A stretch of DNA of 64,000 bases from Patescibacteria group bacterium (GCA_041645075.1 JBAZQS010000001.1:9147-73146), one strand, 5' to 3'. Shown: positions 45,301 through 54,404, numbered from the stretch's first letter. The notes: a model not told the origin generated them from the sequence alone. Numbers and translations: made by a program.

Positions 45301-48300
45301 ATGGCATTAAAGAGTCGTCGCTTGAAGAGTGCGATGATCGCAACACCATAAACGGCGACGGCTGCAGTAGTAATTGCCTTTTAGAGGGTTCGGATCAAAA
45401 ATATGGCTCTCTTTGCGGCAACCAAAGAATACAAACAGGCGAGAGTTGCGATGACGGCAACACCGCAAACGGCGACGGCTGTTCTGATAAATGCTTGCCA
45501 GAATCCGGCCGGCCAAACGGTTCACGGCCAAACGCGCCCATTTGTGGCAATGGCAAGATAGAAATCGGCGAGGATTGCGATGATGGCAATAAAGTTAATG
45601 ACGATGGTTGCAATTTCCGCTGTTTAAATGAGGGTTCAAGCGGTGGCGCCAGGTGCGGCAATAATGTGGTGGAAAAGGGCCAGCCCACTAGTTTCTCTTG
45701 GACTTTTGCAGTAGACCAAAGCGCTGAAACTTGCGTGCCAGTAGTATTTAATATTAGTAATTGTCCTAATGGCATTTGGGAGGCGGTGGTGGGCGTTAAC
45801 ACTACCATGAATTTAAATAATTTTGCGATTTGCGAGCATGATAATACAGTTTTTAATAATGTCGCTTTTGGCAATAGTTTATGGGGTAAGATTTTAGGCA
45901 AGATAAAATTAGTCGTAAATAAATTTACCAATAGAAAATCCGTCTTTGCCGGAGTTGGCGATCTTTGTGGTAATGGCTGGACGATTCGACCCAATGGTGA
46001 ATTTGATATTTTGGAATATAGCAGTACGGATAATCAGAAAATTTTTGATTTTATTAAAAAAGCGGATTGGGCTGGTGGTCATGAGTATAAAATTGTGGGA
46101 GATATAAACCGCAACGGCGGGTTTGATGAAGGAATTGACACCCAGGCCTCGGTAATAATGAGAACGCATGGCCGTTGTTGGATTGAAGGCGCAAAGATAA
46201 ACGTCTGGCCCATGGGCGAGGAAAAATATAATGATACTTTTTTCTGCTACGGCGAAAATTGCGGTAAGCGAACCGTAAGCTTATATGATGATGATATTTC
46301 CGCCGATTGGAACACTCTTTTTCCTTATTTGAAATATAATGATATTGCCGTTAGCGACCCCCTCAAACCGGGTAACCAGCATTTGTATCAGGCCTGGGCT
46401 TTAAGCACCAGTAGTGATTTATTGAAATCAAATATCGCATGGAGTATGAGCAATCCGAGTTATGTCAGTCAGCAGGATTTTAATTATTCTACCGGAGTTG
46501 GCGATGGCAATAGAAACAAATGGTTCACGGGCGGTAATGTGGGTGGCGACGGCTACATAACCGCCAAAGTCACCTCTGATTCTAATATAGACATCGGTAA
46601 AGCCACAGCCACGACCACAGTCAAAGTGTTTTTATGCGAAAATCCCTGGCCGTCGCCCGAGAATTTTCCTTATTATGATTCTGCTAATAATTGCAAGACC
46701 AATAGCGGTGGCTGTGTTAATACCAATTTTGAACTTTATTATTGCCGTGATAGCGGGGCGGCCGGACCAGATGGCGATTTGCCGGCGGTTTATGACCCGG
46801 TGGTTATCGGTTATAGCGCTCTTACCCCGGCCAGAAATGTCAACGATTTAATAAAAGAATTTATATTTACCAGGCAGTTTTCCCTAGCCGAAGCGACAAG
46901 AAATATCAAGCAGACGATTACGGGCGATAAGACCATTACCGATGTCGGAGATGGTAGAAACGGGTGTTATATTCAACCTGGCTACGCCGTGACATTTATC
47001 GAAAGTGATAGGTGTGATTTTGTTTATGAAATTAATTTTCCCAAATCAGGGGATTATTATTTGCTTTTAAAGACCGCCAACGACAATAACTCGCTTGAAA
47101 AAGCGGGTTTGGATATCAATCATGAAATGGACATCAGGGTAGATGGCGTGATTAAGGGGACAATTATCGCCAAAGCCAGCCTGCCAAATAATCCCCAGAC
47201 CAATATAGTCAAATTATCCAATATTTCGGCTGGGAAGCATGCCATAAAAATTGACTGGACAAATGATTTTTATTGTTCCGGTCCCGGTGGCGCTTCGTGC
47301 CCGTCCTGGACTCCTATAGATACGGTCACCGGTGAATATAAATATTTTGATTCTAATTTAAGAATTTACAGCCTGGCTTTGGCCGAGGGTTCAAATGACG
47401 ACGCCATTGGCGTCAGAGTCGTGGCTAACAGTAATCATTTTTCACCGCTATTTTGGTATCGGAAATATTTTGACCCAAATAATCAGGGCAGTCCCAGCGG
47501 CCTGCTCGCCAATGATTATCAGGGCGTCAGAGAGGGCCGGACGGTTTATGTCAATGCCGCCGATTTAAATGATAATAAGAAAGAGATTTATAGCAATGTG
47601 TACTTGCTTTCTTATAGCGCCGCTGCCGATGCCATTACCAAAGATATTTATAATGGCCTGCTGGCTAATTTTCATTTTAATGTACAAAATCCGTTTGGCG
47701 TCTGCAGCGCTGACGCCACCTATAAATGCTTGACCGACACCAACTGCCAGCAAGCCAATAAGGGCTATTGCTTATTAAATTACAGCCAAGGCGGTTTGCC
47801 CGACTTCGGCGTCTGCAGTGATGATGCCACCTATGAATGTTTGACTGACACCAATTGCCAAAAAGCCAACAAGGGCTATTGCTTGTCGGATAAAGCCAAG
47901 TTAACCCGAGACACCAAACGGCTGGCCGACTTGCAATTCATTAATTCACTTTTGGCTACTTATAATAATACCAAGAGATGCAATAACGACCATTCGCGCT
48001 TATGTGCCGGCGACTCCGGTTGCTATGGCGGCGGTTCTTGCGGCAACTATTATCCGAATTTATTAGCCGGTTCTTATATTGTCGGCCGAACCTTTAGCGC
48101 TTGGCCGTCTTGGCAGGCGACTTTGGGCAACACCATTGGCTCGGCTTTGCCCATTGACCCCCTAAACGGTTTTAAGGGCTGTGGCGACCAATATGACAAA
48201 ATCACCTGCTGGGATAATTTAAATAAATTAATGCGGTGTCCGGACGAGACGACGTATGTTTATACTTATTCCTCAACGGCGATAAACGGCAAAAGCGAAA

Positions 48301-51300
48301 CCAAGAACATATTTGCCCATCGGGAATATGCTCCGACGCCAGCCGCTTCCTGGCAGCCGGTTTGGAGCCAGGTTGAGTACATGAAGGATAATCCCGATCC
48401 ATTCAAAGATCCGTTTACGAATTTCAGCGTTGCCCAGATGTGCCAACCCACGCCGACTTGCGGCAATAACACAATTGAGGCGGGAGAAAATTGTTACAAT
48501 TGCTGGGCCGATGCCGGCTGTGGCAATAGCGCGCTAAATGCGGGCGAAAGCTGTCAACGAAGCGTTGTTGCCGGTGTAGAAAATTGGTCGTGCCGTTGTC
48601 CGGATAGCGACCGTATTCCCTATGCAAATGATAAAACCAAATTAATATCTGATGGATTTCCGGACGTGGCTTGCGGCGGTAAAGCGAGAGATAATTGTCC
48701 TTATGTTTTTAATCTTGATCAAACGGATAGCGATAGCGATGGCATTGGTAATGCTTGTGATAGCTGTCCGACAAGTGCCAATGTCGATCAAAAAGACAGC
48801 GATCGCGACGGCGTGGGCGATGCCTGTGATAATTGTGTCAGTAAATATAATTTGCGAGTAAATGGAAATCAGCCGAATTCTGATGGCGATAATTTTGGCG
48901 ATGCCTGTGATAATTGTTCGACCGTGGCCAATAATGATCAGACGGATGCCGACAGCGATGGCGTGGGTAATGTGTGCGACAACTGTCCGACCATTAAAAA
49001 TCAAAATCAAAATGATATTAATCGCAATGGCCGGGGCGACGCTTGCGAGGTTTATGTTGCGAGTTATTGCGGCAATAGCGTTGTGGAAAATATAAATACG
49101 GGCGGTTATGGCAGTGAGGTTTGCGATGAAGGAGCCGATAATGGCAAGCCCAATCGTTGCAACAGCACTTGCACCGGAATTTTTTCCACTTTCTGCGGCG
49201 ATGGCCAAATGGTAACTGGTGATAATGAACAGTGCGACTGCGGCATTGACCCGGCGCGTTTGCCCGTGGGACCGGCCTGTACGACTTCATGGCCGGCAGG
49301 AGCGGGCTCGCGTCCGACCTGGGATACAGTCAGTTTTACTACGATTAATGGCGTGCCGCCGGATTTGTATTCCACCGATCAAAAAACATTATGGTATTGC
49401 AGCGCCGGTTGCCAACAAACCCGCCAAGACAGCCGTTATTGCGGCGATAGCCGGGTTGATAGCTTAAACGGCGAGCAATGCGATTTAGGAGTACAAACCG
49501 GTCTGACAGACACCACCTATAATTATGACTATGGTACCTGCAATACTCAATGCCAGAGGACTTATTGCGGCGATGGCAAAAAACAGGACCCTAATGGCAT
49601 GGGCCGGGGCGGTCCAAATAATGACGGCAAAGAAGCGTGCGACGGCAGTGATTATGGTTCCGGTGGCCAGCCAATTGGTAAGACGTGCAATAATAATTGT
49701 CAAATTGTGGCAAACACCGTAAATGTAAATTTAGGCGTTTGTGGCGATGGCGTCAAACAAACACCGAATACCAGCGGACTCAATGAAACTTGCGATGAGG
49801 GGGCTTTAAACGGCCAACCTGGCCACTGCAATTCAACTTGTACCGGAGTTTTATTAGATCAATTTTTATATTATGGCCGTATTCATTTTGGAGAAATGTG
49901 TGATGGCACGGTTCATGCTTATTTAGCTACTTATAGCCCATTAATATTAGATAGCGGTTGGTTAAGTATGGCTTCAAAACTTGATAACGCCATGTTTTTG
50001 GTTAATCAAAAAAGCGATGATCCTTGCTCTAAGGGTTCGGATACCCCGGTGCCGGCAGGATATAATGTCGTGGGTGGCATTCATTTGGGCGACAAGGAAA
50101 GAGACGTGGCTTCGGACAATTCTTACTGCTCTTTTATTGCGGCTGTTGGTTATAACGGCACGGCTTGGAATACGGCCATGGGAACGGCCGGGACGAATTT
50201 AGAAGGACCTGGTTGGGTGAAAATCGCGGCTAAAGACGATTCTATTAAATTAGCTATGGTTTATGGGGTAAATCCCGAAAGTCCGCGCGCATCATGTCCG
50301 TCGGGCTATACCGAACAAGGGGCCATATTTGTTGGCTTAACGACTGTGACTGATAATCTGCCTCGGGCGTACATTGGTGGGACTTCCATAAGCAAGGGCT
50401 GGGTTTCTTTCTGTGTGAAAAATAATATTCCGGCGCAGACGAAATTCGAAGTGGGTCAAAGAGATGATTGCAGCATTGTCCAGGCAAATCGTTATTCTTG
50501 CCCGGCCGATTATAAAATGATTTTCGTGTCCACTTCGGGCAGTAGTAGTAATGATGGTTTAAGTGAAGCCGACCCCAGAGCCACCTTAGACCAAGCGCAA
50601 GCCGTGGTCGCGGCCAATCCTTCAGAGCCGGGTTATTGTATTTTATTAAAAGGCGGAGATACATTTACTACTTTTACCTCTCATGGTACAGCAGTTGAAA
50701 CGGGCGAAACTGATGTTAATTCGCATTATGCATTTTTGTGGAATATTAATAAGCCGTTGGTTATGAAGTCTTATGGCGCGCCAAACGCGATTTTACAGCA
50801 ACCATCTGCCCAGTCGGCAACTATGCCGCCCGCGGCCATTGCTATCGCGCGACCAGAATCAAGCCCGTTGACTAGCAAGGTTATTATTTCTAACCTAACT
50901 TTTAAAAATTGGCAGGCCCGGGTTATTTATATGTCTAGTGTGAGGAACGTGGAGATAAATAATAATATTATTGAAGGTGCGGGCACAAAACAATTAGGTG
51001 ATAATGGCGGAGTTTATGGAGATGGAGTTATCTACCCCGAAGATTCTAGTGGCATAGTTGTTGATGGCAATCAAATAACCGATTCACTTAATAGGACTGG
51101 TGATAAGTATGATGATATCCATGCGGTGTATATAAACAGATCTTCCAATATTGAAATAAAAAACAATACGATTACCAATATTTCTGGGCCGGCTCTCAAG
51201 ATGGTTAGAAACCAGACATCCGATATATCAATCCATGATAATACTCTGAATTATATTGGTCCTTATATCGGACAATCGGAAGTCCAATTTGGATTTGTGA

Positions 51301-51581
51301 GGTTGGCCGATAAGGGGGGCGGTTGTCCTACCGGCATAAGAATTTATAGTAATACATTTTGGTATCCGTATTGTACTGGCAGTTCTTGTTCTAATAAGCA
51401 GGTTAATCGCTGTTCGTCCGAGGGCTGTAGCAGTTTTTGCGGATCTAATGATACGCCGAATTCAAGCGGAACGTATGATAATGTAAATGGTAATTTTGGC
51501 GACAATCAGCCGACAGTATTATGGAAAAATGGCGTTTCTGGGGCGTGGGGTACAAATAATTTCAGAGGCGGATGGCAGTAA
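39303..51581 (+). CDS. Giant surface adhesin-like protein 2 (4092 aa): anchor module, Cys-rich regions, LamG/concanavalin-like lectin domain, Myxococcus-type Cys-rich repeats, thrombospondin type-3 Ca-binding repeats, C-terminal parallel beta-helix
   Basis: - Uninterrupted 12.3-kb ORF.
- LamG-like: GLIGYWNFDDGDAKDSSGAGNDG...FDGVDDYIEIP...VSAWIY...LDDVRIYNRVLSDTEIKEL.
- Myxo Cys repeat x3: CGDGIKESSLEECDDRNTINGDGCSSNCLLE.
- TSP3 repeats: DQTDSDSDGIGNACDSC, DQKDSDRDGVGDACDNC, DQTDADSDGVGNVCDNC.
- Beta-helix tail homologous to 19386..20954. Confidence 0.85.
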   Translation: MTAIVKKKKFIAFVLILVLAGIFILFNPILAQDQFGLNSAAGIGLAQNDLKTTIVNIVRIFLGFLGLVAVILIIYAGFLWMTAGGDEKKIETAKKIILGAVIGLIIILSAFAIVSFVLTRLAPPPAEPCVSGTIVSCGPQGCGSKICVNGSWGVCNINTSACDFILNNKLSYIKYFRSDKIPAAGNTFSNWTRNISYNFSGVVGVPKIDDLSVGAYARNRGGFITDTRLYKVEGFDGTVFTDYGPFNPNQTPNEEFDTQIAWDTSALNLQSEWKIKTHVVPSGIATPFESPAIKTKIRAPNCFNGIQDSQSPYGETGIDCGGNPASQYYCGACGGESCSNGGDSSQCLDENCATSVCLPINCLCAQNPIIDWIEPDNGAAGNYVTIGGRYFGNLKGAVYFGNTRANLELNPECNSTWTSNQIIVEVPAIAQNTYQVTVQTHQDFGGLTSNSKDFILNNIVRPGLCNVYNLDIYTDRNVKINAGSANQTGQLIGANFPTTGLKNVVWKFLPTNTTSTGSNWAIDRARDLVPENKRGMTNLNVYNGAQYSNPFRFLVSPGGIGDPCGFADDSPGICSAAEVCQTGLECNILATPTKPACTCQSAANFCNNNGQVEGTEECDGTAFKDNKNQCSNYPGFTGGALSCNRQCRPDTSQCVSVSTTNIPAGMGIFTWSFNTIISPPTPYSCGYDQYGACSISGCATGQRCEVQGNSDEFIEFYNPTGYTVNNFGAWLLVINKTNTSTISNFLPAGASASIPARGFFVLPRSAQFGLPPAYSGAVTIKLVRSANTAYDDKITYGGPGKLPLAIAPTSLGRKIDGLESRSIFSDPLVFTDFSVFARSTKGVSNSAEPAKTGARLLINEISVGIDPCTCRPAALATCANGLLDVGEICDRVGNEDVFQRGTGLCSDYNIGSTGRLSCRNCQIDKSSCQGPLVDITQAAIGMYTWSFNTISQSPFQRPYVVEDCSRTRSCDVGAKMASPTPWSEEWNQVKHPNLYIPQPLACVDAVISARFSNRMNPATINNNTVIVLKCDNTNGKDCRKVSGAVEVYKDNNNLDYDIFKFTPTADLTPNAWYKVVLKSEEIKDYVGLKLDNKTTLLSLSERYCAEITYNGGITTDKDYCWNFQTRPSNVKCNPGCVECSPDPERFRYRFEAKPFKANLDSEDNVCLMLNSWNYLWNWSTDKSDKIFVYNLANQPVATGIALKETIYDAPDKFAKVITQLEVNPNKTDYCRAYIDLTNLVVIEDQSCDKGTTQSPSPWIMSEDACLNGLISARFNLPVADETVKSSGNLIVEKCGGVKDEALAGVGCERQSVNSAQIHIFPYSHLPLSENLRNLIFEQGLSPAFPEGFLINQSENFNPNTWYRVILLGGDNGVRASKIITLADGTESDTNEPQGKLLTPNPNTRTDYNQDGEDDYIWLFKTGSQICEVDSVEVAPADKFMKYTYETQVYNAFAQAANCNVLNSCKYNWQWRSVIEPTDNSNSGDSIATIKNEKDQPSICVGKGGEKIGPTLVDPVQLASAVAEGETNIKAIEPGKDLVHPNQPAYGAKWDYGHLQIGFPKLRITDYKPKGKILCTNENIKITFNEDVKSSSIRVTNPALSADNIKVYKCVGDGVCVKKGLIGYWNFDDGDAKDSSGAGNDGIKKNGVVISPYAEKGMVAIFDGVDDYIEIPNTNTSPLTDKITVSAWIYFNDSSFTTQQWVVNQGRDYYGSGWGILLYNGALRFSVNTNNADDGREITIASPVSSRRWYYVTAVYDSINGAKLYIDGVEKANASAKGKIVYKYNEKITFGVMAFYSPTYFKFSGMLDDVRIYNRVLSDTEIKELAGSTQQNATCYTNDDCPTSLDDMPLNLKVNYPAYVYGYSSGVWTPVWTPELSKELDLSIVNALEPKAKYRVVVNGGPAGPIAWNTNQLGDLNYNVGNGRGEECEPGLYPWKVLSGSCENAFYALQKCVLPYYYNSCPDPANPNDLKNLIKECNRGEAYCDQNCHNTGNTNIASCGDGIKESSLEECDDRNTINGDGCSSNCLLEGSDQKYGSLCGNQRIQTGESCDDGNTANGDGCSDKCLPESGRPNGSRPNAPICGNGKIEIGEDCDDGNKVNDDGCNFRCLNEGSSGGARCGNNVVEKGQPTSFSWTFAVDQSAETCVPVVFNISNCPNGIWEAVVGVNTTMNLNNFAICEHDNTVFNNVAFGNSLWGKILGKIKLVVNKFTNRKSVFAGVGDLCGNGWTIRPNGEFDILEYSSTDNQKIFDFIKKADWAGGHEYKIVGDINRNGGFDEGIDTQASVIMRTHGRCWIEGAKINVWPMGEEKYNDTFFCYGENCGKRTVSLYDDDISADWNTLFPYLKYNDIAVSDPLKPGNQHLYQAWALSTSSDLLKSNIAWSMSNPSYVSQQDFNYSTGVGDGNRNKWFTGGNVGGDGYITAKVTSDSNIDIGKATATTTVKVFLCENPWPSPENFPYYDSANNCKTNSGGCVNTNFELYYCRDSGAAGPDGDLPAVYDPVVIGYSALTPARNVNDLIKEFIFTRQFSLAEATRNIKQTITGDKTITDVGDGRNGCYIQPGYAVTFIESDRCDFVYEINFPKSGDYYLLLKTANDNNSLEKAGLDINHEMDIRVDGVIKGTIIAKASLPNNPQTNIVKLSNISAGKHAIKIDWTNDFYCSGPGGASCPSWTPIDTVTGEYKYFDSNLRIYSLALAEGSNDDAIGVRVVANSNHFSPLFWYRKYFDPNNQGSPSGLLANDYQGVREGRTVYVNAADLNDNKKEIYSNVYLLSYSAAADAITKDIYNGLLANFHFNVQNPFGVCSADATYKCLTDTNCQQANKGYCLLNYSQGGLPDFGVCSDDATYECLTDTNCQKANKGYCLSDKAKLTRDTKRLADLQFINSLLATYNNTKRCNNDHSRLCAGDSGCYGGGSCGNYYPNLLAGSYIVGRTFSAWPSWQATLGNTIGSALPIDPLNGFKGCGDQYDKITCWDNLNKLMRCPDETTYVYTYSSTAINGKSETKNIFAHREYAPTPAASWQPVWSQVEYMKDNPDPFKDPFTNFSVAQMCQPTPTCGNNTIEAGENCYNCWADAGCGNSALNAGESCQRSVVAGVENWSCRCPDSDRIPYANDKTKLISDGFPDVACGGKARDNCPYVFNLDQTDSDSDGIGNACDSCPTSANVDQKDSDRDGVGDACDNCVSKYNLRVNGNQPNSDGDNFGDACDNCSTVANNDQTDADSDGVGNVCDNCPTIKNQNQNDINRNGRGDACEVYVASYCGNSVVENINTGGYGSEVCDEGADNGKPNRCNSTCTGIFSTFCGDGQMVTGDNEQCDCGIDPARLPVGPACTTSWPAGAGSRPTWDTVSFTTINGVPPDLYSTDQKTLWYCSAGCQQTRQDSRYCGDSRVDSLNGEQCDLGVQTGLTDTTYNYDYGTCNTQCQRTYCGDGKKQDPNGMGRGGPNNDGKEACDGSDYGSGGQPIGKTCNNNCQIVANTVNVNLGVCGDGVKQTPNTSGLNETCDEGALNGQPGHCNSTCTGVLLDQFLYYGRIHFGEMCDGTVHAYLATYSPLILDSGWLSMASKLDNAMFLVNQKSDDPCSKGSDTPVPAGYNVVGGIHLGDKERDVASDNSYCSFIAAVGYNGTAWNTAMGTAGTNLEGPGWVKIAAKDDSIKLAMVYGVNPESPRASCPSGYTEQGAIFVGLTTVTDNLPRAYIGGTSISKGWVSFCVKNNIPAQTKFEVGQRDDCSIVQANRYSCPADYKMIFVSTSGSSSNDGLSEADPRATLDQAQAVVAANPSEPGYCILLKGGDTFTTFTSHGTAVETGETDVNSHYAFLWNINKPLVMKSYGAPNAILQQPSAQSATMPPAAIAIARPESSPLTSKVIISNLTFKNWQARVIYMSSVRNVEINNNIIEGAGTKQLGDNGGVYGDGVIYPEDSSGIVVDGNQITDSLNRTGDKYDDIHAVYINRSSNIEIKNNTITNISGPALKMVRNQTSDISIHDNTLNYIGPYIGQSEVQFGFVRLADKGGGCPTGIRIYSNTFWYPYCTGSSCSNKQVNRCSSEGCSSFCGSNDTPNSSGTYDNVNGNFGDNQPTVLWKNGVSGAWGTNNFRGGWQ

Positions 51582-51622
51582 AAATTTTATTTTTGACAAA
51601 TTAAATAAAATAAATCAATAAT

Positions 51623-52333
51623 ATGTTTAATCAACAACAAGCTCAACAAAATTCAAATCCAGATTTAAGTTCATCCGGTAATGCCTTGCCCATTGAGCCG
51701 GCTTTGCCGCCCCAGCCGCCTACGCCGCCGCCTCAAGTAGAGGATATGTTTGCCGAAACCGATAAAGGTAATCCGCAAGTAATCAGGCCGCTCCAGCCAG
51801 GACAAGTCCAAAATATATTGCCCGATACTCAAGGCGAGGATATTTTTGGCGGCCGTTCAATTTGGCAAAATAAATTGTTAGTCGTTGTTTTAATGGCGGC
51901 GGGCGTATTGATTTTGGGTGGCGCGGGCTGGCTGACTTTTAGTTTTTTTGCCAAATCAGGAAAGCCCAATCAAAATATTAACAATAACAGCGCGGCGGCC
52001 AATATCAACAACGTCAATACGGCGAATGTAAATAATGTGAATAATAATGCCGACGCGACCAACAATGCCAATACCAATCAAGCGGCGATTCCCATTGACA
52101 GCGATAATGACGGTTTGACTGATGAAGAAGAAAGAAATCTGGGTACTGATCCGAATAATTTTGACAGCGATAATGACGGCTTGACCGATAGCGCCGAGGT
52201 AAAAATTTATAAGACCGACCCACTTAACCCGGATACGGACGGCGACGGCTATAAAGACGGCCCGGAAGTCAGCAGCGGTTATGATCCGACTAAATCGGGC
52301 GGGGCCAGATTATTTAATGTCCCAACGCAATAA
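51623..52333 (+). CDS. Membrane-anchored protein with EF-hand/TSP3-like Ca-binding DxDxDG loops
   Basis: 236 aa. Q/P-rich N-terminus, one TM, N-rich spacer, then IDSDNDGLTDEEE, DSDNDGLTDSAE, DTDGDGYKDGPE loops. Confidence 0.7.
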   Translation: MFNQQQAQQNSNPDLSSSGNALPIEPALPPQPPTPPPQVEDMFAETDKGNPQVIRPLQPGQVQNILPDTQGEDIFGGRSIWQNKLLVVVLMAAGVLILGGAGWLTFSFFAKSGKPNQNINNNSAAANINNVNTANVNNVNNNADATNNANTNQAAIPIDSDNDGLTDEEERNLGTDPNNFDSDNDGLTDSAEVKIYKTDPLNPDTDGDGYKDGPEVSSGYDPTKSGGARLFNVPTQ

Positions 52334-52366
52334 TTAAAAATCAAAATTAATTATTTAAATTATTAT

Positions 52367-53830
52367 ATGTTTAACTCAAACAATTCGCCCTCACCCATCA
52401 GTCAGCCGCCGGAAAATAAACCGCCGAGCCCAAACTTTTCCTTGAATAATAATCCGCCGGAACCGCTAAAGGACGAAGTTTATGTGATGCCGGAAAAATT
52501 CCATCCCCAGCCAGCCAAATCATCGGCCGGTAAGCCCTTGATTATCGCTTTGATTATTTTAATTTTAGTCGTGGCGGCCACGGCCACTTATTTTTTGTAT
52601 GATATGTGGCAAAAGAGCCAGAATGGTCTGGCGTTAGCCAATCAAAATCTTAATGTGAATAATAGTCAAAATCAGAATCAGAATGAAAACCAGAATGAAA
52701 ATGTAAACAGCGATATAAATAATAGTTTAAATAGTAATGCCGAAATAAATTTAAATGCCGAAACCAATACCGATATCAGCACCAGCACGCCGCCGGAAAA
52801 TATCGGCGTCTATACGGCCCAAATACCGCCTCAAATAAGCAGTGACAGCGACAATGACGGTTTGACTGACGCGGAGGAAGCCGTGGTCGGCAGTTCGCCG
52901 ATTGAACAGGACAGCGATAAAGACGGTTTTATTGACGGCCAGGAATTAGCCAAGGGCTATAGCCCGACCGCGCCAGCCGGCGACAACGGCAGATTGCCGG
53001 CGGCCAGTTTTATCGCCTCGCTTTCCACGAATTTTATCAAGGATAATTTTAAAATACTTTATCCCAAAAACTGGCAAGCAACGACAATCCCGGCCACCAA
53101 TCAGGTGGTGATTACCACCAATACAGGTGAGATTATAAAAATATCCGCGCGCGATAATAATGACCGTGTTTCCGCCGCTAATTGGTATTTGAATAATAAT
53201 CCGCAGGCCTCTTTAAGCCAATTAAAAAGCCTCACGGCCGGCGACTTAAGCGGCGTGTTTTCTCCCAATGGTTTAGCCGCCTATCTGGCCGATGCCGATA
53301 AAAATCGGTTTTATTCTTTTGAGTATATGATGGATGCCAACGCTCAATTCCGCTATCCCGCTTTATTTTTAATGGTTATTAAAAATTTTGCGCCGATTAT
53401 TGGCAGTGAGACAACCGCCAATTGGCAGGCCTTTAGCAATGAAGTCAATAATTACACCGTAAAATATCCTAAGGACTGGAAAACCGTGACGGACAATAGC
53501 AATGTCGTCGGCTTTGCGCCAATTACTATGGCTCTAGATTATCAATGGGCGATATTGGTGTTTGACGCGAGCCAGAAAACCAAGGAAGATATTATCAGGG
53601 AAATGGGCAGCCAGTTCGGCCAGTCCAGAACGGAAAATCGGGCGAATATAACCATGGGCAATATACCGGCCACCAAAGTAGCGGTCACCACGGCAACCAT
53701 TCCATCTTGGTATTTTGAATCCATTTTTATTGAAAAAAATAGTAAGATATATCAGATATCAAATGGCGCCATAAACAGCGATTTATTTGAGCCATTTTAC
53801 AGGAGTTTTCAATTCATAGCCAATAATTAG
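52367..53830 (+). CDS. Membrane-anchored protein with N-rich low-complexity spacer, two DxDxDG Ca-binding loops and a C-terminal globular domain
   Basis: 487 aa. P-rich N-terminus, TM (LIIALIILILVVAATATYFLY), NQN repeats, SDSDNDGLTDAEE, DSDKDGFIDGQE. Confidence 0.7.
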   Translation: MFNSNNSPSPISQPPENKPPSPNFSLNNNPPEPLKDEVYVMPEKFHPQPAKSSAGKPLIIALIILILVVAATATYFLYDMWQKSQNGLALANQNLNVNNSQNQNQNENQNENVNSDINNSLNSNAEINLNAETNTDISTSTPPENIGVYTAQIPPQISSDSDNDGLTDAEEAVVGSSPIEQDSDKDGFIDGQELAKGYSPTAPAGDNGRLPAASFIASLSTNFIKDNFKILYPKNWQATTIPATNQVVITTNTGEIIKISARDNNDRVSAANWYLNNNPQASLSQLKSLTAGDLSGVFSPNGLAAYLADADKNRFYSFEYMMDANAQFRYPALFLMVIKNFAPIIGSETTANWQAFSNEVNNYTVKYPKDWKTVTDNSNVVGFAPITMALDYQWAILVFDASQKTKEDIIREMGSQFGQSRTENRANITMGNIPATKVAVTTATIPSWYFESIFIEKNSKIYQISNGAINSDLFEPFYRSFQFIANN

Positions 53831-53844
53831 TTAATTCCCATTAG

Positions 53845-54300
53845 GTGTTAAATTTTGAACTAAATAAACAAGTTAGGGCTGACGTTGAAGAAAAATTTTT
53901 GAAAAAGGCGGTGGCGGTTTTTAATCAGGAAAGCGCGCTTAAGGGAAAATTTAATTTTTCTTTGGCTTTCATTGACGCAAAAAATATTAAAAAATTAAAC
54001 CAAGATTATCGCGGCAAAAGTCGGGTTACCGACGTCTTGAGTTTTGCCGAAGATAAAAACGATTTTATAGAGATGCCCTCGGCGGAAAAGTATTTAGGCG
54101 AGATTTTAATCTGCGTTTCTCAAGCGGAAAAACAGGCCAAGCAATTCAAGCAGCCCTTAAAAAAGGAAATTGCCCGTTTATTAATTCATGGCTTGGCTCA
54201 TTTAGTCGGTTATGAGCATGAAGGGGTGTCGCTGAAGAGGGCAGGGGAGATGAGGGCGCTTGAGGAGAGGGTGAGGGCGAGGATAAATTCTAAATTTTAA
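53845..54300 (+). CDS. ybeY: rRNA maturation endoribonuclease YbeY
   Basis: HGLAHLVGYEH zinc motif. Coordinates as in the ORF track; the start codon looks non-ATG. Confidence 0.85.
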   Translation: MLNFELNKQVRADVEEKFLKKAVAVFNQESALKGKFNFSLAFIDAKNIKKLNQDYRGKSRVTDVLSFAEDKNDFIEMPSAEKYLGEILICVSQAEKQAKQFKQPLKKEIARLLIHGLAHLVGYEHEGVSLKRAGEMRALEERVRARINSKF

Positions 54301-54404
54301 TGATGAACACATATTTTGTTCATTTACTGTTTTATTAACAGTTTGATAGTTGACTGATTTTTTATTATAATATAGGGGCGAGGTAATTTTTAATTTATAT
54401 TCCC

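Noticed and set aside
47695-47895. Possible diversity-generating retroelement variable repeat
   Set aside because: The two repeat copies differ by mixed substitutions, not adenine-specific ones. No reverse transcriptase or template repeat is present in the window.
39303-51581. Numerous alternative-frame ORFs inside the giant gene (e.g. 45395..45994, 48642..49208, 40135..40485)
   Set aside because: They lie fully inside an uninterrupted 12.3-kb ORF with coherent domain content and are low-complexity frame shadows.
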